DNA of 64,000 nt from Rhodobiaceae bacterium (GCA_018651345.1 JABIEF010000057.1:8178-72177); one strand, 5' to 3'; numbered from the stretch's first letter, positions 18,357 to 29,944 are shown. A program made the numbers and translations. The notes: generated by a model not told the origin, from the letters alone.

Positions 18357-19571
18357 TTATTTTTTATTGTTTCTTTTGCTTATTAATTTTAATCTCAGAG
18401 CATTTAATTTAATAAAACCTTCTGCATCTTTTTGATTATAATCATTTATAGAATCTTCAAAGCTAACTAGATCGTGATCATACAATGAATTGGTGCTCGA
18501 TCTTTCTAGTGTTAGGATATTTCCTTTATGCAGCCTCAATTTAATTGTTCCACTTACAAATTCTTGAGATGTATCAATTGCTTTTTGTAACATAATTCTC
18601 TCAGGAGAAAACCATAATCCATTATATATTAATTTTGCATATTTAGGCATCAATTCATCTTTAAGATGAGCTGCGCCTGAATCAAGGGTTAATTCCTCTA
18701 TTGCCCTGTGAGCTTTTAGAAGTATAGTGCCACCAGGAGTTTCATATATTCCTCTACTTTTCATCCCAACAAATCTATTTTCAATTATATCAAGTCTGCC
18801 TATTCCATTTTCCTTGCCATAAATATTAAGTTTTTCCAACAGATTAGCTGGAGATAAATTCTCTCCGTTAATAGATACAGGGTCGCCTTTTTCAAATGTT
18901 ATGGAAATATCAGTAGGTTCATTATTTGCTTGATCGATCGATAAAGTTCTTTGATATACAAATTCTGGGCATGGTATAGAAGGATCTTCAATAATCTTAC
19001 CCTCTGATGATGTGTGTAATATGTTAGAATCAACTGAAAAGGGAGCTTCTCCTCTTTTGTCTTTTGGAATAGGTATCTGGTTTTTTTCTGCAAATTGTAT
19101 CAGCTTGCTTCTAGAGCTTAAATCCCATTCTCTCCAAGGAGCTATAACATTTATACTAGAGTTTAATGAATAATACCCAAGTTCAAATCTTATTTGATCG
19201 TTCCCTTTCCCCGTAGCGCCATGACAAACTGCGTCAGCATTAGTTTCTAGCGCTATCTCAATTTGTCTTTTTGCTATTAAAGGTCTGGCTATTGCAGTGC
19301 CAAGTAAATACTGACCCTCATAGACAGTATTGGCTCTAAACATTGGAAATACATAATCCTTTACAAACTCTTCTCTTAAATCTTCAATATATATTTCTTT
19401 TATTCCAAGTAGTTCTGCCTTTTTTCTAGCCGGCTCTATTTCTTCCCCTTGACCAAGATCAGCTGTAAAAGTCACTACCTCGCAATTATATTCAGTTTGT
19501 AACCATTTAAGTATTATAGATGTGTCTAATCCACCAGAATAAGCTAACACAACTTTTTTTATTTTTTTCAT
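18357..19571 (-). CDS. argG: argininosuccinate synthase
   Basis: 404 aa with the ATP motif [10 protein letters not shown] and [13 protein letters not shown]. Confidence 0.96.
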   Translation of the reverse strand: MKKIKKVVLAYSGGLDTSIILKWLQTEYNCEVVTFTADLGQGEEIEPARKKAELLGIKEIYIEDLREEFVKDYVFPMFRANTVYEGQYLLGTAIARPLIAKRQIEIALETNADAVCHGATGKGNDQIRFELGYYSLNSSINVIAPWREWDLSSRSKLIQFAEKNQIPIPKDKRGEAPFSVDSNILHTSSEGKIIEDPSIPCPEFVYQRTLSIDQANNEPTDISITFEKGDPVSINGENLSPANLLEKLNIYGKENGIGRLDIIENRFVGMKSRGIYETPGGTILLKAHRAIEELTLDSGAAHLKDELMPKYAKLIYNGLWFSPERIMLQKAIDTSQEFVSGTIKLRLHKGNILTLERSSTNSLYDHDLVSFEDSINDYNQKDAEGFIKLNALRLKLISKRNNKK

Positions 19572-19619
19572 CTTCTGTCACCAATTTATCGAATATTATT
19601 ATAATTAGTATAAAATAGA

Positions 19620-20792
19620 TTAAAATTCATTAATTATTTTATTAGAACGGATTCTTTCGCTAGATGATTTTAATTGTCCGCAAGCGGCCATTATATCACT
19701 ACCTCTCGGTCTACGAATAGGGCTAGAAAATCCAGCATTGTTTAATATGTCTGCAAACTTTTTAATTTGTTTAGAATCCGAACATTTATATTCCGATCCT
19801 GGCCACGGATTAAATGGAATAATATTAATTTTTGAAGGAATGTCTTCTAACATTTTTACTAATTTTTTTGCGTCATATTCGCTGTCATTTATATCCTTCA
19901 ACATAACATATTCAAATGTAATTCTGCTAGAATTTTTCAAACCAGGAAAGTTTTTGCAGGCTTTCAGTAACTCTTTGATAGGGTATTTTTTATTTATAGG
20001 CACCAGTTTATTTCTAACTTCATCTGATACTGAATGCAGGGATATAGCTAGCATTACCCCAATTTCTGTTGCTACCCTTTCAATCATTGGTACGACACCT
20101 GAAGTTGATAAAGTAATTCTTCGTTTAGAGATTGCTAGGCCATCTCCATCCGAAGCAATTAATAGGGCATTTTTGACAGCTTCAAAATTATAAAGAGGTT
20201 CGCCCATACCCATCATAACAATATTTGTAATTTTTCTTTGGGCGTTCAAATTATTTTTATGCCAATCGTCTAATCTATCCCTAGCAATTAAGATTTGAGA
20301 TAATATTTCAAAAGTAGATAAATTTCTGACAAGTTTTTGAGTTCCTGTGAAGCAGAATGAACAATTTAATGTGCATCCAATTTGGCTAGATAAGCATAAT
20401 GTCCCTCTTTTACCGTCAGGAATATATACTGTTTCAATTTCATTTCCACTTGAATTTCCTAATTTATCTTCTAAGGCTATTAACCATTTGATAGTCCCAT
20501 CAGAAGATTTTTGTTCTGTAACAATTTTTGGTCTATGTAACGTATATATATCTTGCAATTTATCTCTGATCGGTTTTGATATATTTTGCATTGAATTGAT
20601 ATCATCAACTCCATTTACATAAGTCCAATTCCATAATTGCTTAATACGCATTGGGATTTGTTTGTTTGGTATAATATCCAAAGAAGATAAATTAGAAAGT
20701 AGATCTTCTCGACTCATCCCATATAGTGGATTCAGATTATGAATACCTTCTGATAAGCTTATGTCATTATTTAAATTTATATTTTGTTCCAT
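19620..20792 (-). CDS. rlmN: 23S rRNA/tRNA adenine-C2 methyltransferase RlmN (radical SAM)
   Basis: 390 aa with CTLNCSFC (Cx3Cx2C), the MGMGEPL motif and a C-terminal AACGQL. Confidence 0.93.
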   Translation of the reverse strand: MEQNINLNNDISLSEGIHNLNPLYGMSREDLLSNLSSLDIIPNKQIPMRIKQLWNWTYVNGVDDINSMQNISKPIRDKLQDIYTLHRPKIVTEQKSSDGTIKWLIALEDKLGNSSGNEIETVYIPDGKRGTLCLSSQIGCTLNCSFCFTGTQKLVRNLSTFEILSQILIARDRLDDWHKNNLNAQRKITNIVMMGMGEPLYNFEAVKNALLIASDGDGLAISKRRITLSTSGVVPMIERVATEIGVMLAISLHSVSDEVRNKLVPINKKYPIKELLKACKNFPGLKNSSRITFEYVMLKDINDSEYDAKKLVKMLEDIPSKINIIPFNPWPGSEYKCSDSKQIKKFADILNNAGFSSPIRRPRGSDIMAACGQLKSSSERIRSNKIINEF

Positions 20793-20807
20793 TGGTTTAA
20801 ATTTTTT

Positions 20808-21311
20808 TTATTTGGTTGGACATAATTTATTCATTTCTTGAATACTTCTTGTTACCCCTTTAAGCGAATAGGTATCTGTAGTCAATGTATTGAATTCTGA
20901 TTCACCTTTCACTACCATTGAAGTACCTTTTTTCATAGCGTCGATTAGAATTTTTTCTGCTTCTTGTGTTCCAAGCCAGGCTCCTTGTCCTTCGGTATCT
21001 AATTGAAGTGTGTATTCTAATATTTTTATAGTAGCTTGCGTACCAGCTCTATATTTATAACCAGCATTTATACTTGGTTGGATGGCATTTTGACCATATT
21101 TTGCAAGATAGAAAGTAGGATTCCAGTTCTTAGATGTAGGTAATTGTTTTATTGGTATACTTGCAATAAAGCACATTGTTTCATCGGCAGAATTAGTAAA
21201 AACATTCCAATCTCCGTATTTGCCTCTGAGAACAGTATCAGCCAGACTAGGATTTGTATTAACTATAAGAATAAATATAGATAAAATTAATGGTATTACT
21301 TTTTTTAACAT
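20808..21311 (-). CDS. secreted invasion-associated locus B (IalB)-like protein
   Basis: 167 aa with a Sec-type signal peptide (cleavage after SLA) and the GDW.V pattern typical of IalB-like proteins. Confidence 0.6.
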   Translation of the reverse strand: MLKKVIPLILSIFILIVNTNPSLADTVLRGKYGDWNVFTNSADETMCFIASIPIKQLPTSKNWNPTFYLAKYGQNAIQPSINAGYKYRAGTQATIKILEYTLQLDTEGQGAWLGTQEAEKILIDAMKKGTSMVVKGESEFNTLTTDTYSLKGVTRSIQEMNKLCPTK

Positions 21312-21370
21312 GCTGGTTCCCTTAATTAATATTAACTTTATATTTTTATTTTATTAAAAATATTTTTTAA

Positions 21371-21946
21371 TTATCTATTATCTATTAAATTTATTGATTT
21401 TCCGTAAAGATGTTCAGATACTTCTTCTTCTTGACCCCATGAAGTAACTGGGGGTCTAGGAAATTTTCCAAGACTTCTAACTCTGTCATACATTACAATT
21501 GCTCCAGCTATAGCAACATTAATCGAAAAAGTAGTTGGTATTTTTATAATATGATCACAACGCTCTATCATCGATTCGGATAGGGATCCTGCTTCAGCTC
21601 CAAGAACATAAGCTGCTCTCATAGGGTGCCTGAAGCTAGGTAATTCTTTAGCATCTTCGAGAAGCTCAATACCTACTATTTCGCATCCTTTTGGAACCTG
21701 CATTTTTTCAACGGATTCCCATTCATAATAAGGTAAATGTTCGGTAGATTTTGATGTATCCGACTTGTTCATAGCTCGCATATTATTAGATACTTTTTTA
21801 TGTGGCGAGATTGTAAAAACTGAATTTGCACCAAATGCATGGGCAGATCTAAATAAATTACCCAAATTCATTGGTTTAGATATATTTTCTGCACCGATTG
21901 AAAAGTAACCTCTTAATCTATTGGGATGTGTAAATGTATTATTCAT
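21371..21946 (-). CDS. SpoU/TrmH family RNA 2-prime-O-methyltransferase
   Basis: SPOUT C-terminal knot region (LGAEAGSLS....CD.IIKIP....SINVAIAGAIVMYD). The internal ATG at 21946 is preferred. The track start at 21988 would overlap phhB by 17 nt. Confidence 0.75.
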   Translation of the reverse strand: MNNTFTHPNRLRGYFSIGAENISKPMNLGNLFRSAHAFGANSVFTISPHKKVSNNMRAMNKSDTSKSTEHLPYYEWESVEKMQVPKGCEIVGIELLEDAKELPSFRHPMRAAYVLGAEAGSLSESMIERCDHIIKIPTTFSINVAIAGAIVMYDRVRSLGKFPRPPVTSWGQEEEVSEHLYGKSINLIDNR

Positions 21947-21971
21947 ATTGTTTACTATTCTGTTTTTGTTG

Positions 21972-22238
21972 TTATGAAATGCTATCAATAAATTTTGCTA
22001 GTTCTATATCAAGGTTGGTTATTCCTCCTTGATCATGAGTACTTAAAATGATTTCTACTCTATTATAGACGTTCAGCCACTCTGGATGATGATCGAGTTC
22101 TTCAGCTTTCTCTGCTACAAGATTCATAAAATTCCAGGCTTCTTTAAAATCTTTAAATTTAATTTTTCTTTGGATAGATGATGATTCACGTATCTTTGTC
22201 CAATTGCTTAGAGCGCTTAGTTTTTTTTCAATGTCCAC
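21972..22238 (-). CDS. phhB: pterin-4-alpha-carbinolamine dehydratase
   Basis: 88 aa with the signature DHHPEW.NVYN.V...L.THD.GG.T..D..LA. Confidence 0.9.
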   Translation of the reverse strand: MDIEKKLSALSNWTKIRESSSIQRKIKFKDFKEAWNFMNLVAEKAEELDHHPEWLNVYNRVEIILSTHDQGGITNLDIELAKFIDSIS

Positions 22239-22443
22239 TTTAAAATCCTTTTGATAAAATATAATATAAAATATAAAAATTTATTTTTAATAAAATTATT
22301 TTTTATTTTAATAATTTTATAACATTTATCTCTCTTTATGATAAATATATAATTTATTTTTACTTGAAATTTTTATGATAGTACAACATATTACATAGAG
22401 TAATGTATTTAATAATTTTGATTTTAAAGAGAGAATTAATAAA

Positions 22444-23148
22444 ATGGAACCAAGAGTTTATAATAAAACATTAGCATCTGATTCAGCAGAAATTGACCAA
22501 GGTCTAAGATCTTATATGATGCGTGTATATAATTATATGGCGTCAGGCCTATTGATTACAGCGATTGTTGCATTTTTGGGAGCCTCTACAGGAGTTTACT
22601 ATTCAATAGCACAATCTCCATTAATATGGGTTGTAATGCTTGCTCCTATTGGAATGGTTTTCTATTTAAGCGCAAGAATATCACGAATGAGTACTAGTAC
22701 AGCACAGATTGCGTTTTGGATATTTTCTGGTTTAATGGGTTTATCCTTGTCATATGTATTTCTTATGTATACCGGCGATAGCGTTACGAGAGTATTTTTG
22801 ATAACATCGGCAACCTTTGGAGCTCTTAGCTTTTATGGCTATACAACTAAGAAAGATATTTCTGGTTGGGGTTCGTTCCTGTTTATGGGATTAATTGGTA
22901 TTATACTTGCTTCGGTTGTTAATATGTTTATTGGATCAAGTTTCATGCAATTTGCTATATCAGTGATTGGTGTTTTAGTGTTTGCAGGATTAACAGCTTA
23001 TGATACGCAACAAATAAAAGAAATATATCACGCAGGAGATAGTGCGGAAGTATCGGGCCGTAAAGCAATTATGGGCGCTCTAAGACTTTATTTAGACTTT
23101 ATAAATATGTTCATATTGCTGTTACAATTGTTCGGGAACAGAAGATAA
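22444..23148 (+). CDS. Bax inhibitor-1/YccA family membrane protein
   Basis: 234 aa with seven TM segments. The N-terminus YMMRVYNYMASGL and the C-terminal region LYLDFINMF are characteristic. Confidence 0.85.
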   Translation: MEPRVYNKTLASDSAEIDQGLRSYMMRVYNYMASGLLITAIVAFLGASTGVYYSIAQSPLIWVVMLAPIGMVFYLSARISRMSTSTAQIAFWIFSGLMGLSLSYVFLMYTGDSVTRVFLITSATFGALSFYGYTTKKDISGWGSFLFMGLIGIILASVVNMFIGSSFMQFAISVIGVLVFAGLTAYDTQQIKEIYHAGDSAEVSGRKAIMGALRLYLDFINMFILLLQLFGNRR

Positions 23149-23165
23149 TTATTCATTAAGGTAAC

Positions 23166-23537
23166 TTATCCTAATGCTCTGAATCTTTTTGCCTTTTCTA
23201 GAATTTGTAGAGCATTTTTAAGGTCATGTCCTCTTTTTAATATATGGCCATTTGATGATTTAATGATATAAGAGCCTTGTAGTTTCGAAAGATTTGGATC
23301 TTTTATTATCATATAAGTAGGGATTTCATGGGAATTTTTAAAAACAGAGAAAATTGCTTTATCTTGAAGGCAATCAATTGCATAATCTTTCCATTCACCG
23401 GATGCAACTTTTCTTCCGTATATTGATAAAATCAGACTTAACTCTTGTTTTGTAAATGAGATAAATCTAGGTACGAAATTTTTATTTTTTGAACTGTGTT
23501 TATAATTTGATAATTGTAATATATTTTTTTTATTCAA
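23166..23537 (-). CDS. DUF2794 family protein (conserved alphaproteobacterial, unknown function)
   Basis: 123 aa. F...EL..ILS.YGR.VA.GEW.DYAID resembles the DUF2794 pattern as I recall it. Confidence 0.6.
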   Translation of the reverse strand: MNKKNILQLSNYKHSSKNKNFVPRFISFTKQELSLILSIYGRKVASGEWKDYAIDCLQDKAIFSVFKNSHEIPTYMIIKDPNLSKLQGSYIIKSSNGHILKRGHDLKNALQILEKAKRFRALG

Positions 23538-23652
23538 TTAGATCTCCTTATAAAAGATAATTTCTTGTATTCTATCATAGTATAAATATAATTTGAAAAA
23601 AATAATTTTTATACTATACATAACTTTAATCGATTTATTCTAAAGGGGAAGC

Positions 23653-25560
23653 ATGGTTGAAAAAACTAATAACACAAAGAAAAATAAAAAAGAGAAAAAG
23701 CAATTTGGCGCAGAAGTATCCAGACTATTGGACATTCTTGTTCATTCCGTGTATCCGAATAAAGAGGTCTTTCTAAGAGAATTAATATCGAACGCTTCTG
23801 ATGCTTGTGATAAGCTTCGTTATCAAGCTCTAACTAACGATAAGCTTGTTAAGAGCTCTTCCGAGTTAAAAATTCATATTACAGTGGATACTAAAAATAA
23901 TGAATTAGTAATTTCTGATAATGGCATTGGAATGAGCCGCCAAGAGATGATTGATAATTTAGGTACTATTGCAAAGTCAGGAACTAAAGAATTTGTTGAC
24001 GGAATAAAAGAAGAAGAGAAAAATATATCTCAGGTTGGGCAATTTGGTATTGGCTTTTATTCAGCTTTTATAGTTGCAGATACAGTAAAAGTTATTTCAA
24101 AAAATGTTGATTCAAATGATTCATGGGTTTGGATTTCAGACGGCTCAGGGACATTCACAATAGAGCAAAATAGCTTTGATACTCCTACAAGTAATGGTAC
24201 GAGTATATTTTTATCCCTAAGAGATAAAATGGATGAATTTTTGGATATATCAAATATTAAAGATATAATTCGTACTCATTCGGATCATATTTCCTTTCCA
24301 ATAGAAATTGCCGAGTTTAAGGAAGGTATTCTGGGTGAAGTTGAGAGTGCAAATACATCAAATGCTATATGGTCTAAATCTAAATCTGATGTTACTAAAG
24401 AAGAATATCTTGAATTGTATCATTCAATAGCGCAAAGTTTTGACGATCCAGAAATGACTATTCATTATAAAGCGGAAGGCAGGTATGAGTATGATGTTTT
24501 GTTATTTTTACCATCCACCAAACCTTTTGATTTATTTGATCCAGCAAAAAGATCAAAGCTTAAACTGTATGTTAAGAAAGTTCTAATCTCTGAAAGTACA
24601 GATATTATTCCTTCATACTTTAGATTTGTTAGCGGCGTTATAGACTGTCCTGATATTCCATTAACGGTAAGTAGAGATGTACTTCAAGATAATTCAGTTG
24701 TAATAGCAATAAAGAAGGCTATTCGAAATAGATTGATAAGCACACTTTCTAAACTTTCAGAAAGCGATAGTGTTAAATATTCTGGTATTTGGAATAATTT
24801 CGGTGCCGTTATCAAAGAAGGTCTTTATGAAGATTATGAAAAAAGAGACGATCTATTAAAATTGCTAAGATTCCAGTCAACTCAGGGCACTGATCTTAGA
24901 TCTCTTAATCAATACGTTGCTGATATGAAAGAAAACCAAACATCCATATTCTATATAACAGGTGAACTTCTCAACACGATTAATGCAAATCCACAGTTAG
25001 AGGGTTTTAAAGCAAGAGGGGTTGAGGTTCTTACCCTTACGGATCCTGTAGATAGTTTTTGGACAAGTACCGTATTAGGTTTTGAAGGAAAGTCATTTAA
25101 ACAAGTTTCACAGGCACAAGAAGAGTTAAAGTTAATACCAATTATTGAAAATAAAGATGAGAAAGTAGATAAAACTTCAGAAGATAATAAAAATTTATCT
25201 GAAGCAATTCCATACTTGAAGACTATTTTAGATTTATTAGTGACTGATGTTAGATTAAATGAGAGTCTTGTTGATAGTCCAGTTTGCTTGTCTATTGCGG
25301 ATGGCGGAGTTGATAAAACTTTAGAAAAAATTCTTATGGAAAGACAGGGAACTGAGAAGGCTTTGCCAGTTTTAGAAATTAATCCTAATCATTCATTAAT
25401 AAAACAATTCTCAAAGAAACTATCAAAAAAGAAATCTAAAGACCTTGAAGTAATAGCTCGTATTTTATACGACTATGCATTAATTATGGATGGAGAGAAA
25501 CCTTCCGACATTAGTATTTTTGGTCAGAATTTACAAGAGATATTAAAACGTTCAATGTAA
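23653..25560 (+). CDS. htpG: molecular chaperone HtpG (Hsp90)
   Basis: 635 aa with FLRELISNASDACDKLRY, GQFGIGFYSAF and an HtpG-type C-terminal domain. Confidence 0.97.
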   Translation: MVEKTNNTKKNKKEKKQFGAEVSRLLDILVHSVYPNKEVFLRELISNASDACDKLRYQALTNDKLVKSSSELKIHITVDTKNNELVISDNGIGMSRQEMIDNLGTIAKSGTKEFVDGIKEEEKNISQVGQFGIGFYSAFIVADTVKVISKNVDSNDSWVWISDGSGTFTIEQNSFDTPTSNGTSIFLSLRDKMDEFLDISNIKDIIRTHSDHISFPIEIAEFKEGILGEVESANTSNAIWSKSKSDVTKEEYLELYHSIAQSFDDPEMTIHYKAEGRYEYDVLLFLPSTKPFDLFDPAKRSKLKLYVKKVLISESTDIIPSYFRFVSGVIDCPDIPLTVSRDVLQDNSVVIAIKKAIRNRLISTLSKLSESDSVKYSGIWNNFGAVIKEGLYEDYEKRDDLLKLLRFQSTQGTDLRSLNQYVADMKENQTSIFYITGELLNTINANPQLEGFKARGVEVLTLTDPVDSFWTSTVLGFEGKSFKQVSQAQEELKLIPIIENKDEKVDKTSEDNKNLSEAIPYLKTILDLLVTDVRLNESLVDSPVCLSIADGGVDKTLEKILMERQGTEKALPVLEINPNHSLIKQFSKKLSKKKSKDLEVIARILYDYALIMDGEKPSDISIFGQNLQEILKRSM

Positions 25561-25714
25561 TTTTCTTATCAGCTAATTCTTTTAATACATAATGTAAAGA
25601 GATATTCAAATCTGGTATGGGGACTTGCTTTCATTTTGAATTTAATTATAGTAATTAGATAAAGATTACTGGCCGAGATTGAGGCTCAACTAATATTATT
25701 GTGCAGGAATAAAT

Positions 25715-28507
25715 ATGAATTTTTATACAACCTATCTAGATGAAATCGAAAGTCGAAAAAAACAAGGATTAAATCCAAAACCAATTGATGATGGTGCTCT
25801 GGTAAAAGAACTTATTTTACAAATTAAGGATGGTAACAATAGGTTCAGAGAAGATTCATTAAATTTCTTTATGTTCAATATCTTGCCTGGAACAACAAGT
25901 GCTGCTGCTGAAAAGTCAAAGTTTTTAAAAGAAATCATTCTTGGAGACACTGTGGTGGAGGAAATTTCTAGTTCTTTTGCTTTAGAGTTATTATCTCACA
26001 TGAAGGGTGGACCCTCAATCAGTGTTCTGCTCGATTTAGCTTTGGGTGACGATGCATTGATCTCACAAGATGCTGCAGATATCCTCAAAACTCAGTTTTT
26101 TCTATATGAGGCTGATACAGAACGCCTTAAGGTCGCTTACGAAGAAGGCAATTTGGTTGCTGAAAATATTCTAAAGAGCTATGCAAAAGCTGAATTTTTT
26201 ACAAACCTACCTGACATCGATGAAGAAATTAAGGTTGTTACTTATGTAGCTGCAGAAGGAGATATTTCTACAGATTTATTATCTCCAGGAAACCAGGCTC
26301 ATTCTAGATCAGATAGAGAACTTCATGGCAAGTGCTTTATTTCGGAGAAAGCACAGGCTGAAATAAAAGAACTACAGAAAATAAATCCAGATAAACGTGT
26401 TATGTTGATTGCGGAGAAGGGAACTATGGGAGTAGGATCTTCTCGTATGTCTGGTGTCAATAATGTGGCTTTATGGACCGGAAAACCAGCCAGTCCATAC
26501 GTACCTTTCGTCAATAATGCACCGATCGTTGCTGGAACAAACGGCATTTCTCCGATCTTTTTAACAACTGTAGGCGTAACCGGAGGCATTGGGATAGATC
26601 TAAAGAACTGGGTAAAAAAACTAGATTCGGATGGTAATCCAATTATGAATAATGATGATAATGCTGTTCTTGAGCAGAAATATTCCGTCGAAACAGGAAC
26701 TATTCTTAGGATTAATACGAAAGATAAAAAGCTCTATAATGAAAAAGGAGACAAAGAATTGGTTGATGTGTCTTCGTCCTTTACCCCTCAAAAAGTAGAA
26801 TTTATTAAAGCGGGAGGTTCTTACGCGATTGTCTTTGGCACAAAGTTACAAAGCTTAGCATGCAAAACATTGAACATTAAGCTAAAATCTGTATTTGCAC
26901 CTTCGAAGGAAGTTTATCATAAGGGGCAAGGCCTTACTGCCGTTGAGAAAATTTTCAATGCAAATGCGCTAGGTATTGAACAAGGCGCTGTTCTTCATGC
27001 AGGGTCAGATGTCAGAGTAAAAGTAAATATTGTTGGATCCCAAGACACAACTGGCCCGATGACTGCGCAAGAACTAGAGTCTATGGCAGCAACAATCATT
27101 TCGCCAACCGTAGATGGGGCTTATCAGTCTGGATGCCATACTGCTTCAGTCTGGGATTTGAAAGCGCAGGAAAATACACCTAAACTTATGAAGTTCATGC
27201 AAAATTTTGGTCTGATTACAGGTAGAGACCCAAAAGGAATTTACCATTCTATGACCGATGTGATTCACAAGGTTTTGAATGATATAACAGTTGATGATTG
27301 GGCAATCATAATTGGTGGTGACTCCCATACTCGGATGTCTAAAGGTGTTGCATTTGGAGCGGATTCTGGAACCGTTGCGCTCGCTCTTGCAACTGGGGAG
27401 GCGTCTATGCAGATACCTGAATCAGTAAAGGTGACATTTAAAGGCAGCATGTCTGGCCATGTAGACTTCCGCGATGTTGTTCATGCAACACAAGCCCAAA
27501 TGCTAAAGCAATTTGGTGATAATGTCTTCTTGGGACGCGTTATCGAAGTTCATACGGGTACATTGCTTGCAGACCAAGCTTTTACTTTTACAGACTGGAG
27601 CGCTGAAATGAAAGCAAAGGCATCTATTTGTATTTCTGAAGATGATACGCTTGTTGAATCTCTTGAAATTGCAAGAGATCGTATTAATATTATGATAGAT
27701 CAGGGTATGGATAACGATAAGAGAATGCTGCAGAACTTGATTGATATCGCTGAGAAAAGAATTTTAGAAATAAAATCTGGTAAAAAACCGGCATTAGCAC
27801 CGGACGATAATGCAAATTATTTTGCGCATGTAGTTGTGGAGTTAGATAAGATAAACGAGCCAATGATTGCCGATCCAGATGTGAACAATATTGATGTGTC
27901 AAAGCGATATACCCATGATACGATTAGGCCAATTTCATACTATAAAGCTGAAAAAAAGGTAGATCTAGGGTTTGTTGGGTCTTGCATGATCCACAAAGGT
28001 GATGTTAAAATTGTCGCTCATATGCTCCGAAACCTTGAAAAAAGGTCGGGTAGTGTCAAATTTAAAGCTCCCTTAGTGCTTGCCGTACCAACCTACAATA
28101 TAATTAATGAATTGAAAGAAGAGGGTGATTGGAGTATTTTGCAAAAGTATTCTGGTTTTGAATTTGATGATGTTACGCCTAAGAATACTGCGCGTCTAGA
28201 ATACGAAAATATATTATATTTAGAAAGACCCGGATGTAACCTTTGTATGGGAAACCAAGAAAAAGCTGCTAAAGGAGATACCGTTCTAGCCACATCAACG
28301 CGACTATTTAAAGGAAGAGTGGTTGAAGATTCTACCGAAAAAAAAGGAGAATCTCTGCTTGCGTCAACCCCAGTCGTCGTTCTTTCTGCAATACTTGGTA
28401 GAACGCCAAGTATAGAAGAGTATAGAAGTGCCGTAGAAGGGATTGACCTTACCAATTTTGCGCCACCAATAGAAAAATCTCTAGATCCTTTATCAGCCCA
28501 TTATTAA
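25715..28507 (+). CDS. acnB: aconitate hydratase B family protein (divergent, 930 aa)
   Basis: AcnB-type domain order: N-terminal HEAT-like domain, then swivel, then catalytic domains. Motifs GSQDTTGPMT and GGDSHTR. Fe-S cysteines are in GSCM and PGCNLCMGNQ. Confidence 0.85.
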   Translation: MNFYTTYLDEIESRKKQGLNPKPIDDGALVKELILQIKDGNNRFREDSLNFFMFNILPGTTSAAAEKSKFLKEIILGDTVVEEISSSFALELLSHMKGGPSISVLLDLALGDDALISQDAADILKTQFFLYEADTERLKVAYEEGNLVAENILKSYAKAEFFTNLPDIDEEIKVVTYVAAEGDISTDLLSPGNQAHSRSDRELHGKCFISEKAQAEIKELQKINPDKRVMLIAEKGTMGVGSSRMSGVNNVALWTGKPASPYVPFVNNAPIVAGTNGISPIFLTTVGVTGGIGIDLKNWVKKLDSDGNPIMNNDDNAVLEQKYSVETGTILRINTKDKKLYNEKGDKELVDVSSSFTPQKVEFIKAGGSYAIVFGTKLQSLACKTLNIKLKSVFAPSKEVYHKGQGLTAVEKIFNANALGIEQGAVLHAGSDVRVKVNIVGSQDTTGPMTAQELESMAATIISPTVDGAYQSGCHTASVWDLKAQENTPKLMKFMQNFGLITGRDPKGIYHSMTDVIHKVLNDITVDDWAIIIGGDSHTRMSKGVAFGADSGTVALALATGEASMQIPESVKVTFKGSMSGHVDFRDVVHATQAQMLKQFGDNVFLGRVIEVHTGTLLADQAFTFTDWSAEMKAKASICISEDDTLVESLEIARDRINIMIDQGMDNDKRMLQNLIDIAEKRILEIKSGKKPALAPDDNANYFAHVVVELDKINEPMIADPDVNNIDVSKRYTHDTIRPISYYKAEKKVDLGFVGSCMIHKGDVKIVAHMLRNLEKRSGSVKFKAPLVLAVPTYNIINELKEEGDWSILQKYSGFEFDDVTPKNTARLEYENILYLERPGCNLCMGNQEKAAKGDTVLATSTRLFKGRVVEDSTEKKGESLLASTPVVVLSAILGRTPSIEEYRSAVEGIDLTNFAPPIEKSLDPLSAHY

Positions 28508-28615
28508 TGTAATAATATTATTAAATTAAATTCAAGCATGCTTGTTTCTAATTTTTTAATAATATAAAAGAAAATTTCTAAATTAATAATAATTCTAGAA
28601 TTGGATAATTAATAA

Positions 28616-29206
28616 ATGAAGTTGATTATAGATAATTTACATTTAGAGCGTGGAGGTAAATTTTTATTTAAAGACTTATCCTTTTGTTTAGAATCCTATA
28701 AGCCTATTATTGTAATGGGATCTAATGGTTCAGGAAAAACATCACTTTTAAGATGCATAAGTGGCCTATTACATTCAACCTCTGGAGAGATTTATTCTAT
28801 TAATGAGAAGGGTGAAAAGATAGAATATTTACATCAATGTAATTATTCTGGTCATAAGTTAGCAATTAAGAATGAGCTAACGGTTCAAGAAAATATAATA
28901 TTTTGGAGTCGTTATTATAAAAAAGAAATAAATAAAGACCTGTTGATTAAATTCAAACTTGATAGCTTATCCGATATATCAGTTGGTTTATTGTCATTCG
29001 GTCAAATGAAAAAATTATCTCTTATTAGAATTTTTCTTGCTGAGAAGTCAATATGGTTGCTCGATGAACCAATGGTAGGTTTGGATAGAGAATCTCAGGA
29101 AGTAGTAAAAAAATTAATTGAGAAACATATTGATTTAGGTAAATTAATAATAATTACGACGCATACAGATCTAAAATTTGATAATCAAATTTTATTGAGT
29201 CTTTGA
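28616..29206 (+). CDS. ccmA: heme exporter ATP-binding protein CcmA
   Basis: 196 aa with Walker A GSNGSGKTS, signature LSFGQMKK and Walker B WLLDEP. First gene of the ccm cluster. Confidence 0.9.
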   Translation: MKLIIDNLHLERGGKFLFKDLSFCLESYKPIIVMGSNGSGKTSLLRCISGLLHSTSGEIYSINEKGEKIEYLHQCNYSGHKLAIKNELTVQENIIFWSRYYKKEINKDLLIKFKLDSLSDISVGLLSFGQMKKLSLIRIFLAEKSIWLLDEPMVGLDRESQEVVKKLIEKHIDLGKLIIITTHTDLKFDNQILLSL

Positions 29207-29218
29207 GTGATATAAATT

Positions 29219-29887
29219 ATGGGTACTTACTTAGCTATAATCAAACGTGACCTTGTGATTTCTTATAAAGATGGCGATCACATCGCTATGGGCTTTGGTT
29301 TTTTTCTAGTTATTATTTCTCTTCTGCCTATTGGGATTGGGTCAGATATAGATATTTTACCAAAAGTAGGGCCTGTTTTGTTATGGATTGCATTCTTACT
29401 TACAACACTTTTTACTATTAGCCGTCTATTCAAAGATGACCATGTTGATGGCACTATGGATTTTATGATTATGGATAGTGCTATTTTTGAGATCATAATA
29501 ATATGTAAAGTATTTGCTTACTGGATATCTATAACGCTCCCATTAATTATTGTAATACCAATTATGAGCATACTTCTAAATATATCAATGGATCTGATAT
29601 TGCCTATTACATTTATAATTTTTATCAGTAGCCCGGCTTTTGTTTTCATAGCTGCAGTTGGTTCGGCGCTTACTCTTGGCATGGAACGATCAGGAATATT
29701 GATAACCATTTTAATCTTGCCTCTTTACATACCATTAATTATTGTAGGAATTTCAGCTACTAACATTAATGTTATAGGAATTAATAGTTACTCAGTTTCA
29801 GTAATGCTAATATCCGGGTTTTCTATGTTATCAATTGCGTTAGCTCCTTTTCTTATTTCTCTAATACTAAGAACAAACTCATATTGA
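29219..29887 (+). CDS. ccmB: heme exporter membrane protein CcmB
   Basis: 222 aa, polytopic, positioned between ccmA and ccmC. Confidence 0.88.
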   Translation: MGTYLAIIKRDLVISYKDGDHIAMGFGFFLVIISLLPIGIGSDIDILPKVGPVLLWIAFLLTTLFTISRLFKDDHVDGTMDFMIMDSAIFEIIIICKVFAYWISITLPLIIVIPIMSILLNISMDLILPITFIIFISSPAFVFIAAVGSALTLGMERSGILITILILPLYIPLIIVGISATNINVIGINSYSVSVMLISGFSMLSIALAPFLISLILRTNSY

Positions 29888-29944
29888 CTTTGAGAAAAAA
29901 ATCTGGATGTTGTATATAGATAAATTTAAATTTAGGAAAGAATA

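Noticed and set aside
23564-23592. A heat-shock (sigma32-type) promoter upstream of htpG.
   Set aside because: CTTG is present, but the downstream element reads AATATAA/TATAAT rather than the CYTATNT type. It looks like a generic sigma70-like AT-rich match and cannot be distinguished from background.
28533-28544. The palindrome CAAGCATGCTTG after acnB as a rho-independent terminator.
   Set aside because: It can form only a 4-bp stem with a 4-nt loop, which is too weak despite the following T-rich tract.
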